A stretch of DNA of 64,000 bases from Blastocatellia bacterium (lineage in GTDB: Bacteria > Acidobacteriota > Blastocatellia > RBC074), in contig DATCXQ010000925.1 of NCBI GenBank assembly GCA_036565725.1, positions 2,594 to 66,593 of the forward strand. Direction: 5' to 3'. Below the pieces are notes generated by a model. The model did not search any database. It was not told where the DNA came from and saw only the letters and a program-made list of their open reading frames with translations. Positions 17,687-26,969 of the stretch are shown piece after piece (within the stretch, counting starts at the first letter, position 1; every line of letters starts with the position of its first letter). Position numbers and translations under genes: made by a program.

Positions 17687-19321
17687 TTACAAACTGCCAG
17701 AAGCCAGTGTTGGCGAAAATCCCGGCGCCCGGCGATGCTTCGTCGCCTGCTCGTAAGCAAACGCCAGCTTGATCATCGTGGGTTCACTGTAGGCAGCGCC
17801 GAAAAACGAGATCCCGACCGGAAGCCCGTGAATGAAGCCTGCCGGAACGCTGATGGCCGGATAACCGGCGACCGCGGCCGGACTCGAACTTCCTCCCGTG
17901 AAGTGGTCGCCGTTGACCAGATCGGTCGTCCAGGAAGGGCCGCCGGTCGGCGCGACGATGGCGTCCAGACGGTCTTTGGCGATCGCCGCGTCAATCCCCT
18001 GCGTACGCGACAGCCGTCGATTCTTCTCCAACGCGTTGAGGTATTCCGTGCTGGTCAGAGGCCCTTTCTCCTCGGCTTTGAGAAAAAATTCCTGGCCGAA
18101 GTAAGGCATCTCACGGGCGCGATTCTTCTCGTTGAACTCGATGATCTCTTTGAGCGAACGGAAGCGCGCATCGGGGCCGAGTTCCGATAGGTATTTGTTG
18201 AGGTCGTGTTTGAACTCGTATAACAAGACCTCGATTTCGGAGTTTTCATACTCCTTCGACAACGCAAGGTCGACCGGATCAATGACGGTCGCGCCCGAAC
18301 GCTTCATGACCTCGATCGCGTCGTTCATCAACCGATCCACTTCATCATTGAAGCCGAAATACTTGCGAGCGACCCCAATGCGCGCGCCACGCAACCCGTT
18401 GGGGTCCAAAAACCGCGTGTAATCAGTGAAAGACTTGCCGGCGGTCTCCTGAGTGACGGCGTCTCGCGGATCAACTCCGACGATTGCTCCCAGCAGAATC
18501 GCCGCGTCGGTGACAGTGCGGGCCATCGGCCCCGCCGTATCCTGGCTATGCGCAATCGGAATGATCCCCGAACGGCTGACCAGCCCCAGAGTCGGTTTGA
18601 TGCCCACAATTCCGTTCGTGCTGGCCGGGCAGACGATCGAGCCGTCGGTCTCGGTCCCTATCGCGACGCCGCAAAGATTGGCGGAGACGGCCACGCCCGA
18701 ACCGGAGCTCGATCCGCAAGGGTTGCGGTCGAGCGCATATGGATTGCGGGTCAAACCGCCGCGACCGCTCCAACCGCTGGATGAGTGCGTCGAGCGAAAG
18801 TTGGCCCACTCACTGAGGTTAGTCTTGCCGAGGATGACCGCGCCCGCGTCGCGTAGTTTCTGCGCGATGAACGCGTCGCGCCGCGCGATCGAGCCTTCGA
18901 GAGCCAGCGAGCCGGCGGTCGTCGCCATTCGATCCGCGGTGTCAATGTTGTCCTTGATCAAGACCGGAATCCCGTGCATAGGGCCGCGTGGGCCTTTGCC
19001 TTTTCTCTCTGCGTCGAGAGCGTCAGCGATGGCCGGCGCTTCCGGATTGAGTTCGATGACCGAATTGAGACGAGGCCCCTGTTTATCAATGGCCGCGATG
19101 CGCGATAAATATTTATCAGCGATAGATCGCGCGGTCAGGCCGCCGGACTTCATCGCTTCCTGCAACTCGGCAATGGTCTTCTCATCCAGTTCGAATGAAC
19201 CGACCGCCTGGATTTGATTTGAGGCGCTGGACGAAGGCGGACGACGGTCGCATCCGATTGCCGCGACAACGCCACTCAACATGCCCATTCGTACAAAATC
19301 TCGTCGTTTTATCATTTTCAT
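17687..19321 (-). CDS. Amidase (amidase-signature family), exported via a Tat-like signal
   Basis: 544 aa. N-terminus is MKMIKRRDFVRMGMLSGVVAAIGC. It has the AS-family Gly/Ser-rich block CGSSSGSGVAVSANL and the KDNID motif (LIKDNIDT). Confidence 0.9.
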   Translation of the reverse strand: MKMIKRRDFVRMGMLSGVVAAIGCDRRPPSSSASNQIQAVGSFELDEKTIAELQEAMKSGGLTARSIADKYLSRIAAIDKQGPRLNSVIELNPEAPAIADALDAERKGKGPRGPMHGIPVLIKDNIDTADRMATTAGSLALEGSIARRDAFIAQKLRDAGAVILGKTNLSEWANFRSTHSSSGWSGRGGLTRNPYALDRNPCGSSSGSGVAVSANLCGVAIGTETDGSIVCPASTNGIVGIKPTLGLVSRSGIIPIAHSQDTAGPMARTVTDAAILLGAIVGVDPRDAVTQETAGKSFTDYTRFLDPNGLRGARIGVARKYFGFNDEVDRLMNDAIEVMKRSGATVIDPVDLALSKEYENSEIEVLLYEFKHDLNKYLSELGPDARFRSLKEIIEFNEKNRAREMPYFGQEFFLKAEEKGPLTSTEYLNALEKNRRLSRTQGIDAAIAKDRLDAIVAPTGGPSWTTDLVNGDHFTGGSSSPAAVAGYPAISVPAGFIHGLPVGISFFGAAYSEPTMIKLAFAYEQATKHRRAPGFSPTLASGSL

Positions 19322-19636
19322 TTGAATCCCTGACGTATCTGATCAAGTACCGCCTGGCCGGCGAGGAGAAAGAAGGGGCAAATCATCCGAAGTATACGCC
19401 CGGATAAGCAGACTCTCCAATGGCCGGTGAAAACGCCTCGCCTCGACAAAAACCGGACCAATCTACGGCAGTAAAAAAATTTCCGCCGGCATGTCGATTC
19501 GGTAGCCCACCGTTCGATAAACTGACGGAGGCGAAGAAATGAATGCGCGCGTGATTGTCGCCATCACGACGTCCGCGTCGAACAAAGGCAGGATGATCAA
19601 TCAACATTTTCGTTTGAACCAACAGGAGATACTGCA

Positions 19637-20089
19637 ATGAAGTCAATTGAGTACAAGGAAACGCGAATCAAGAATTATGCCCTGTGGGTCGTTCAGTGGG
19701 CGCTGGCGCTGCTATTTCTTTGGGCTGGCGGCGTGAAGTTGGTTATGCCGCTGGAGATGCTCAAGGGACCGGTAGCGCTGCCTGGGCTCTTCGTGCGCTT
19801 CATCGGGTTGGCCGAGGCGCTCGGCGCGGTCGGATTGATCCTACCCTGGCTCCTGCGTATTCAGCCCGTCCTGACGCCCCTGGCCGCCGCCGGGCTGGTC
19901 ATCATTATGATCGGCGCTACGGTGATCACGCTGATTGGCGGCGGCGGCGCGTTCGCGCTGTTTCCAGCGACGGTTGGGATACTTGCGGCCTCTGTCGCCT
20001 ATGGTCGATGGCAGGCCGCGCCGTATCGCCGATCTGCAGATTTCCGGAAGACGGATTCCAGGCTCCCCCCCCTTTCATCCCAATCTTGA
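19637..20089 (+). CDS. DoxX-family membrane protein
   Basis: 150 aa with four hydrophobic helices. The N-terminal pattern ALWVVQWALALLFLWAGGVKL is typical of DoxX. Confidence 0.7.
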   Translation: MKSIEYKETRIKNYALWVVQWALALLFLWAGGVKLVMPLEMLKGPVALPGLFVRFIGLAEALGAVGLILPWLLRIQPVLTPLAAAGLVIIMIGATVITLIGGGGAFALFPATVGILAASVAYGRWQAAPYRRSADFRKTDSRLPPLSSQS

Positions 20090-20098
20090 GCGCATCGC

Positions 20099-20126
20099 CG
20101 GCGAAGCGTCATTCGGCGCTTCGCCG
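20099..20126. terminator. Short GC hairpin between convergent genes
   Basis: cggcgaagcg (20099-20108) pairs with cgcttcgccg (20117-20126), with an 8-nt loop. It lies between the DoxX stop and the stop of the minus-strand ORF. Confidence 0.5.
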
Positions 20127-20182
20127 AACTGGCGGATAAATCGGAACGCCAACGCTCAAGCGTCATTAAGGCGTCGTTTACC

Positions 20183-20887
20183 TCACTTCGAACGCCCTCG
20201 CAACGCGACCAGAGCGGCAAGAGCAGCCTCCTTCTGGTCTCTTCCCCAAGGCGGGCCGGCAGTCTTGCCGAGTCTCACAATCTCCTTTGCCAGGCCGCCC
20301 GCCGGAATCCCGAGCGCGGCCTCGGCATGTGTCGCCAGCGTCTTCTCCGGGATTTCGACCACCCTCAGTCCGCACACTTTTCCGGCGCGGACCAGGGCGT
20401 CCCTGAATAGCGCGCCCTCCGCCTTGTGCATGCGGAAGTGTACCGCAAGGATCTCCTCGACGCTCCAATCGGGCATGGGATTAACCACAAGCACGGCGCA
20501 GGCAGCAATTTCGTTTTCCCGCTCTCGCTCTCGTTTCACGGCGGCTCGCATTTCCCGGACTGCGATCCGGCGCGCGGCTTCGACGCCGCGCTTAACCACG
20601 TCTCGCGCCGCATCCGGTTTCAAGTCCTCCGCGGCGTGATACGGCTGCTTCGCCCACTCGTCCTCAACGAGTTCGATGCGACGCCGGTCGGCGACCACCA
20701 GTCCGTCGTCACGTTCGCCGACGACGACCAGGGCCGCCCAGCCAGAATGAGCTTTCATTCCGAAGGCGACTTTCATCTTAGTCCGGAAGATGGAGTCGTT
20801 CTTGACCATTGCCACGCGCCATCCTACCGCCAGTCTTTTGGGAATGTCTATGTTCGCTTTTATTGGGCGCCCCTTGACAAGACTCAT
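20183..20887 (-). CDS. Hypothetical protein, family not recognised, start uncertain
   Basis: 234-aa ORF. Alternative starts are at M27, M38 (MKVAFGMKAHSGWAALVVVG) and M44, and none has a strong SD. GC3-rich coding pattern. The antisense ORF 19935-20639 is rejected. Confidence 0.5.
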   Translation of the reverse strand: MSLVKGRPIKANIDIPKRLAVGWRVAMVKNDSIFRTKMKVAFGMKAHSGWAALVVVGERDDGLVVADRRRIELVEDEWAKQPYHAAEDLKPDAARDVVKRGVEAARRIAVREMRAAVKRERERENEIAACAVLVVNPMPDWSVEEILAVHFRMHKAEGALFRDALVRAGKVCGLRVVEIPEKTLATHAEAALGIPAGGLAKEIVRLGKTAGPPWGRDQKEAALAALVALRGRSK

Positions 20888-21108
20888 AGATACCCATCAA
20901 TATGTCTATGCGAGTCATGGAATCGCCTGGACAACAGGCGTCTCCAAAAAGTGGCCAAAGCGCTCGCCGACCCGCGACGCTTCGAGATGGTTCAGAAGAT
21001 CGCGATTTCCGGTTACGACTGCCAATGGCCCGAATGATTTCGCATTTTTTTTGCGCAACAACATAGATGATTGTAAATATATAAAAACATCAAAGCGAGG
21101 AGAAGGGC

Positions 21109-21741
21109 ATGAGCGAACAAGGAAAAATAGCTCTGGTTACGGATGCGAGCAGGGGGCCGGGCTTTGAGGCGGCGCGACGTCTGGCCGAGCGGGGAGTAAA
21201 GGCGCTGCTCGGGGCGCGAAGCGAAGAACGTGGAAAAGAAATCGAGGCGAAATTGAGAGGCGAAGGCTTTGAGGCCGAGTTCATTTTGCTCGATGTGAAC
21301 GACGAAAAGACTCAGGAAAGCGCGGCGCGCGTCATCAAGGAAAAATTCGGCAAGCTGGACATATTAGTCAACAACGCGGGAAGCGCCATGGAAGGTTCAG
21401 CCGGCCTCGAAATTCAGGCGGCCAGTCAAACGCCGATGGAGATTTACCGCAAAACCTTCGAAGCGAATTTCTTCGCCCTGCTCACGCTGACGCAGAAGTT
21501 GTTGCCGCTAGTCAAAAAAAGCGAGGCGGGACGCGTCGTGAACCTGTCGGGCGCGTTGGAATCTTCGACTCACCATGCCGACCCGGCGAGTTTTCTCTAT
21601 GACTTCAAGGCGCCTGCATACGACGCATCAAGGGCGGCGGTCAATTCTTTCACAGCTCATCTGGCCTACGAGTTGAAAGACACGCCAATTAAAGTCAACG
21701 CGGCGCATCCGGGTTGGGCGCCGACCGACGCGCAATGGTGA
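21109..21741 (+). CDS. Short-chain dehydrogenase/reductase-like protein with degenerate motifs and a short C-terminus
   Basis: The cofactor motif reads VTDASRGPG instead of TGxxxGIG. The catalytic YxxxK position reads YDASR. The protein ends at HPGWAPTDAQW, about 30 aa short of typical CBR-like SDRs. NNAG is present. Confidence 0.6.
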   Translation: MSEQGKIALVTDASRGPGFEAARRLAERGVKALLGARSEERGKEIEAKLRGEGFEAEFILLDVNDEKTQESAARVIKEKFGKLDILVNNAGSAMEGSAGLEIQAASQTPMEIYRKTFEANFFALLTLTQKLLPLVKKSEAGRVVNLSGALESSTHHADPASFLYDFKAPAYDASRAAVNSFTAHLAYELKDTPIKVNAAHPGWAPTDAQW

Positions 21742-21782
21742 TTTCACGTTTATACCGAAACTAATTCGAGAGGGAGAAAATC

Positions 21783-22592
21783 ATGGACTTACAACTGAAA
21801 GACAAAGTGGCCCTGGTTACGGGAAGCAGTTCGGGAATCGGAGCCTCAATCGCTAAAACTTTGGCGCGCGAAGGCGCGACGGTCATCGTTCACGGCCGCA
21901 ACGCCGACAGAGCAAAACGAGTCGCCGATGAGATCCGCGAGCAGGGCGGCAAAGCCTTTGCAGTCATCGGCGACCTATCAGAAGAAACGGGCGCAAAAGC
22001 GGTGATCGAGGAAGCGTTCAAAGCCACCGGACGCATCGATATTCTGGTCAACAACGCGGGCGGTACCGACGCCGCGCCAGTCACGTGGGAGAGCGGCTCG
22101 CTGGCCGACTGGAAAGAAAAGTTCGAGCAGAACTTTTTCAGCGCCATTCGCGTCCTACAAGCCGTCCTGCCGCAAATGAAAACTCTGGGTTGGGGGCGAG
22201 TCGTGCAGATTTCGACCGGTCTGGCGACGCAGCCGGGAACATTCATGGTGGATTACGCCGCCGCCAAAGCCGCGATGAACAACACGACCGTGAGTCTGGC
22301 GAAGGAATTCGCCAAATTCGGCGTTACGATCAACACCGTTTCGCCGGGGCCGATCGTGACGCCCGCCTTTGAACGCGTGGCTCGCGGAGTGGCCGAAGCC
22401 AACGGTTGGGGCAATGATTGGGATGAAATCGAGAGAAGATTTGCCGAGGAGTCCGTTTCGACTTCGGTCGGGCGCGTGGGGCGCGTCGAAGAGATCGCCA
22501 ACGCGGTCGCATTTCTGGCCAGTCCGCTCGCCGGTTTTATCAATGGCGCGAATTTGCGTATCGACGGCGGCTTCGTCACATCAGTCAATTGA
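21783..22592 (+). CDS. SDR-family oxidoreductase (classical)
   Basis: Contains TGSSSGIGASIAKTLAREGA, NNAG and YAAAKAA (YxxxK). 269 aa. Confidence 0.9.
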   Translation: MDLQLKDKVALVTGSSSGIGASIAKTLAREGATVIVHGRNADRAKRVADEIREQGGKAFAVIGDLSEETGAKAVIEEAFKATGRIDILVNNAGGTDAAPVTWESGSLADWKEKFEQNFFSAIRVLQAVLPQMKTLGWGRVVQISTGLATQPGTFMVDYAAAKAAMNNTTVSLAKEFAKFGVTINTVSPGPIVTPAFERVARGVAEANGWGNDWDEIERRFAEESVSTSVGRVGRVEEIANAVAFLASPLAGFINGANLRIDGGFVTSVN

Positions 22593-22617
22593 TGGAGTAA
22601 ATGGGAGGGAATAGTAC

Positions 22618-23658
22618 GTGGAATATAGATTACTTAGCGGCTCCGGTTTGAAGGTTCCCGCGCTCAGTTTTGGCGCGGCCACTTTCGGCGGCGGAAATGA
22701 ATTTTTCCGCGCCTGGGGCAGCAGCGACGTGGCCGAGGCGAGCCGGCTGATCGACATCTGTTTGGAAGCGGGCGTCAATTTGTTCGATACGGCGGACGTC
22801 TATTCTGACGGCCTGTCGGAAGAAATTCTCGGCAAGGCCGTCGAAGGCCGGCGAGGTAAAGTTCTGATCTCGACCAAGGCTTTTTATCAGACCGGCGAAG
22901 GCGCGAACGACGCCGGCTCTTCGCGCCACCATCTGATTCGCGCTTGCGAGGCAAGTCTGCGCCGGCTCAACACGGACTACATAGACATTTATACGATGCA
23001 CGGATTCGACGCGCTGACTCCTGTTGATGAGACCTTGAGGGCGCTCGATGATCTGGTTCGAAGCGGCAAGGCGCGTTATCTCGCCTGCTCCAATTTCTCG
23101 GGCTGGCATTTGATGAAGTCGCTAGCCGTCTCGGAAAAATACGGATGGTCGCGCTACGTGGCGCATCAGGCTTACTACTCGTTGATCGGGCGCGAATACG
23201 AATGGGAACTGATGCCGCTGGCGCTCGATCAAAAGGTCGGAACGATCGTCTGGAGCCCTCTGGGGTGGGGGCGGCTCACCGGAAGAATCCGCCGCAATCA
23301 GCCTCTCCACGAAGACAGCAGACTTCATCAGACGGCGGACAAGGCGCCGCCGGTTCCCGAAAAACTGCTTTATAGAGTCGTCGATGTTTTGGACGAAGTG
23401 GCGGAGGAGACCGGAAAAACCATACCGCAAATCGCCTTGAATTGGCTGTTGCGGCGCCCGACGGTGGCGAGCGTGATCATAGGCGCGCGCAACGAGGCGC
23501 AACTGAGACAAAATCTCGGGGCTGTGGGATGGAGCCTGACTGATGAACAGGTCGCGAAACTCGACGCGGCCAGCCAGACGACGCCGATTTATCCGTATTG
23601 GCATCAACCCCTGTTCGGCGACCGAAATCCTCCGCCGATTCCATTTCGTCAAGGCTGA
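22618..23658 (+). CDS. Aldo/keto reductase
   Basis: 346 aa with a GTG start. AKR blocks present: LFDTADVYSDGLSEEILG, TKAFY, IDIYTMHGFD, YLACSNF. Confidence 0.9.
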   Translation: MEYRLLSGSGLKVPALSFGAATFGGGNEFFRAWGSSDVAEASRLIDICLEAGVNLFDTADVYSDGLSEEILGKAVEGRRGKVLISTKAFYQTGEGANDAGSSRHHLIRACEASLRRLNTDYIDIYTMHGFDALTPVDETLRALDDLVRSGKARYLACSNFSGWHLMKSLAVSEKYGWSRYVAHQAYYSLIGREYEWELMPLALDQKVGTIVWSPLGWGRLTGRIRRNQPLHEDSRLHQTADKAPPVPEKLLYRVVDVLDEVAEETGKTIPQIALNWLLRRPTVASVIIGARNEAQLRQNLGAVGWSLTDEQVAKLDAASQTTPIYPYWHQPLFGDRNPPPIPFRQG

Positions 23659-23694
23659 GAGATCAAATAGAACGGGTCTCACTTCGGTGTAAGG

Positions 23695-23852
23695 GTTAAT
23701 AGAACGCGGATGACGATGATAGAGCGGATTGACGCCGATCTTTTCTGGTTTTATCCGAGATGGTCCGCGCCCATCCGCGTCGTCCGCGTTCTATTGGCGC
23801 ATTCCTTGCCGAAAACGCCAATTGCTGATCCCGTATACACGATTGAAACCAG
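23695..23852. repeat. Palindromic intergenic element (family E, copy 2)
   Basis: The internal inverted repeat aatagaacgcggatgacg (23698-23715) pairs with cgtcgtccgcgttctatt (23780-23797), with 1 mismatch. The core is homologous to 9137-9220. The right tail cccgtatacacgattgaaaccag resembles the shared terminal module. Confidence 0.8.
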
Positions 23853-23875
23853 ATCCGGTTTGTTAGTGATAATAT

Positions 23876-24988
23876 CTAACCCGGGTAACGATTCCACCAG
23901 GCGTCAGTGTCCTCGAACTGCCTGAACAGGTCGCCCGCCACCGCCTCGATCTCTGCGCGCAGTTCCAACTCGGACAGCCAATTCTCAGGGATCGCTCCGG
24001 CGCCCAGCATCAGACCGAGCAGGTTGCCTGTGATCGCCCCTGTGCTGTCACTGTCGCCGCTGTGATTGACCGCCAGCAACACGCCTCGCGTGAAGTCCTC
24101 TTGCGCCGCCAGCGCGCAGTAGAGCGAGATGGCTAACGCCTCTTCGCCCACCCAGCCGCCGCCAATCCGTTCAATTACTTCAGGCGATGGATTCAGATCG
24201 CCGATGCGCCACATCGCCATCGCGCGATGAACGGCCTCCGCGCACTCTTCATGCTCGTCGTTTTCCGGCCTCTCTAAAATCCGCAGCGCAAGTTCGATGG
24301 CCTTAGGCAGTGGGCGCCCCGACATCAAATGGTAAACGATCGTCGCGAAACAACCGGCGGAATAATAGCCGGAAGGGTGGCCGTGCGTGATGGCCGCGGC
24401 TTCGCAGCCGAGGCTGAAGGCCTGCGCTTCGTCTTTGGCGACCAGGCCGACCGGGGCCACGCGCATCACGCCGCCGCAGCCTTTGCTGTTATTCAACGGC
24501 CGCTGCATCTCCCCCATCTCCTCGCCGCGTAGCGCCGACAAACAGGTATTGCCAGGCGCGCGGCGGCTGTGCAAGCCTGGCGCCCCGATCAACCAGCCGT
24601 CCATCTCGTCTTGCGAAAAATGCGCGCGGCTCCGATCGCCTTGCGTTCGCAGCCAGCGGATGTAAGCGCGATGAATCATGGACGCGGGATGGCAAATACC
24701 TCTGTGACGCCGCCTCGTGATGGCTCGCAACAATCCTTCCGCGGTGAAGAGCGTCATCTGTGTGTCGTCGGTGATCGCCCCGCGCCGGCCATAAGCGGCA
24801 TCGTAGTCTGTGATCCCCGCCGATCCGTATTTGTTGCGGATCAAATCAATGCTGTGGAACTCAACCGGCGCGCCCAGCGCGTCGCCAGCCGCGCCGCCCA
24901 GCAGACAGCCGGTGAAATGTTCCAGCGTTCGCCGGCTTTCCGGTTTATCGGGGTCTGGCGGCGAATACGAATCAGGTAAATGTTGCAT
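23876..24988 (-). CDS. ADP-ribosylglycohydrolase-family protein
   Basis: 370 aa. The N-terminal block [18 protein letters not shown] and the C-terminal [15 protein letters not shown] are the two metal-binding signature blocks of the ARH/DraG family. Confidence 0.9.
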   Translation of the reverse strand: MQHLPDSYSPPDPDKPESRRTLEHFTGCLLGGAAGDALGAPVEFHSIDLIRNKYGSAGITDYDAAYGRRGAITDDTQMTLFTAEGLLRAITRRRHRGICHPASMIHRAYIRWLRTQGDRSRAHFSQDEMDGWLIGAPGLHSRRAPGNTCLSALRGEEMGEMQRPLNNSKGCGGVMRVAPVGLVAKDEAQAFSLGCEAAAITHGHPSGYYSAGCFATIVYHLMSGRPLPKAIELALRILERPENDEHEECAEAVHRAMAMWRIGDLNPSPEVIERIGGGWVGEEALAISLYCALAAQEDFTRGVLLAVNHSGDSDSTGAITGNLLGLMLGAGAIPENWLSELELRAEIEAVAGDLFRQFEDTDAWWNRYPG

Positions 24989-25058
24989 TATTCCCTTTCT
25001 CCCTTCGGGTTTTTATTGTCTCGTGGCGAAGCGGACGAAATCATGTCGCGCGCCAACC

Positions 25059-25158
25059 TATGGCGGTAAGTTAATGCGTGTACGATGTGGGGCGATTTGT
25101 TTAATCGCCCTGTTTGCGGCTTCGTCTGATCAGGAAACGGGCGCCGAGTTGAAAACCC
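25059..25158. repeat. Family A element, second (partly degenerate) copy
   Basis: tatggcggtaagttaatgcgtgtacgatgtggggcgatttgtttaatcgccctgtttgcggc aligns with 810-872 in the same orientation. The right end keeps only gttgaaaaccc. Confidence 0.8.
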
Positions 25159-25374
25159 GATGCGGTTCGTCACGCCTTTTGCTCTGCTCGCCTCGCGTTT
25201 CGCCGGCCTCGCCACAAATCATTTCCCATAGTCCATCGCCGACGTGTAAAGTCGCCTGCGCTTGTCGGCGCCATCTCGCCGAGAATCTCATAAAGCAAGG
25301 AGCGTGTGAACTTGATCACTGCGGGAACCAAATCCCGGTTAAACGCCGGGTCATCAAGCGGCAGCCCGGAGCCT

Positions 25375-26562
25375 ATGGCCACAACATGGCGCGTAAATTC
25401 CGTTGACCTGCTGCGCGGCGTCGTCATGGCGTTCATGCTGCTCGATCACACGCGCGAATTCGTCCATCGCGACGTGTTGAATTTCGACGCTACGGATCTC
25501 ATGAGGACGAACGTCCCTCTCTTCTTCACCCGTTGGGTCACGCACTTTTGCGCGCCGGTCTTCGTGTTCCTGGCCGGGACGGGCGCTTTTCTGCAACTGG
25601 CCCGGGGCAAAAGCAAATCGGAGTTGTCTGGATTCCTCGTCAAACGCGGGCTTTGGCTGATCCTTCTGGAATTCACCCTGATCAGAGTGGTCATCTGGTT
25701 CAACGTCGACTTCCGCTTCGCGCTGGAGTTGCAAGTGATCTGGGTCATCGGCGTTTCGATGATCGCGCTCGCGGCGTTGATCCGCTTGCCATTGCGCCCG
25801 GTCGTCATTGGCAGCGTCGCGGTGATCGCGCTACATAACCTGCTCGACGCCGTTCGGGTCGATCCTATGCAGGGGCCGGGATTCCTGTCCTCGATTTGGA
25901 TGGTCCTGCATCAACCGGGGGTGATTTTCTTCACGCCGTCCGCTTACGGGCTGGCGCTCTATCCGCTCATCCCGTGGATCGGCGTGTTGGCGGCCGGGTA
26001 TGCCTTTGGCGCCTTCTACCGATTGGAAGCGGAACGGCGGCGGCGAATCTTACTCAAGTTGGGAACCGCGCTGTTGGCAAGCTTCGTCTTGCTTCGAAGC
26101 GTCAACGTATACGGCGATCCCAGCCGTTGGGGAACGCAGAGAAATGCGATCTTCACTGCCCTCTCTTTCCTGAACGTATCGAAGTACCCGCCTTCGCTGT
26201 TGTTTCTGCTGCTGACGCTTGGCGCGGCCGTTCTCGCGCTTCCCTGGTTCGAACGGGTCGAGAAAGGCAGGTTATCTCACATCTTCATCACCTTTGGCCG
26301 GGTACCGCTCTTTTTCTACTTCGGACAGTGGGTCGCGGTACACGTCCTGGCGACGGTGGCCGGTTACCTGGCGGGCCAACCTGTCGGGTGGCTTTTTACC
26401 AGTCCTCTGGATCGTCCGTCGCCGAATCCCGGCAATCTCGGATTCTCCTTGTGGGTGGTTTATGTATTTTGGTTCCTCGGCCTGCTGATTTTGTACCCGC
26501 TCTGCCGCTGGTTTGCCGAGGTGAAGCGACGCCGCAGGGATTGGTGGTTGAGTTATTTGTGA
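25375..26562 (+). CDS. DUF1624 / heparan-alpha-glucosaminide N-acetyltransferase-like membrane protein
   Basis: The N-terminal motif [20 protein letters not shown] is followed by many TM helices. The ATG at 25375 is preceded by GGAG. The upstream in-frame extension from 25306 is considered unlikely. Confidence 0.8.
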   Translation: MATTWRVNSVDLLRGVVMAFMLLDHTREFVHRDVLNFDATDLMRTNVPLFFTRWVTHFCAPVFVFLAGTGAFLQLARGKSKSELSGFLVKRGLWLILLEFTLIRVVIWFNVDFRFALELQVIWVIGVSMIALAALIRLPLRPVVIGSVAVIALHNLLDAVRVDPMQGPGFLSSIWMVLHQPGVIFFTPSAYGLALYPLIPWIGVLAAGYAFGAFYRLEAERRRRILLKLGTALLASFVLLRSVNVYGDPSRWGTQRNAIFTALSFLNVSKYPPSLLFLLLTLGAAVLALPWFERVEKGRLSHIFITFGRVPLFFYFGQWVAVHVLATVAGYLAGQPVGWLFTSPLDRPSPNPGNLGFSLWVVYVFWFLGLLILYPLCRWFAEVKRRRRDWWLSYL

Positions 26563-26969
26563 ACGACATCTCGCCCACTCCCTGAAGGAACTGCCCAATA
26601 TTATTATTCAATTCGTTTCGCCCCATTGCGATCTCGTTGTATGACCGGACCGCGTCGCGAGCAACGATAAACTCGCGTCGCAAGCGTCATCCGGCTTCGA
26701 TGGCCTCAGCGTGAGCGTTCTTGTGACTTATACGATGGATTCAATTTGATCATCGTTCGACCAGACTCTTCCGCTCTGAAGATGACGATCATTCCGCTCC
26801 CCTTGAGGAGGCGCTCCAATTGATAGCCCAAAGCCTGGAATTTGTCGTTAACAACTTCGCCATCGCTACGGAGTTTACAAAAACTTCATAGCGGCTTAAC
26901 AAGAAATTATCCCCAGGCTGCTAAGTTTCCGCTCGCCCAGCGCACATTTAACTCAAAAGGATAAGCACA

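Noticed and set aside
18453-19217. 254-aa plus-strand ORF inside the amidase gene
   Set aside because: It is antisense to a gene with the amidase signature. It is a Ser/Pro/Arg-rich shadow ORF.
19935-20639. 234-aa plus-strand ORF overlapping both the DoxX 3' end and the minus-strand hypothetical gene
   Set aside because: It has a Ser/Arg/Ala/Pro-rich composition and no motifs. It overlaps two better-supported frames.
23710-23925. 71-aa ORF (MTMIERIDADLFWFYPRWSAPIRVVRV...)
   Set aside because: It reads through the family E palindromic repeat and into the 3' end of the ARH gene. This is a repeat-derived pseudo-ORF.
26690-26880. Minus-strand frame KFQALGYQLERLLKGSGMIVIFRAEESGRTMIKLNP, faintly HicA/YcfA-toxin-like
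   Set aside because: It has no start codon and a stop immediately upstream. The catalytic GSH is replaced by GSG, and there is no HicB partner. The similarity is too weak to call even as a pseudogene.
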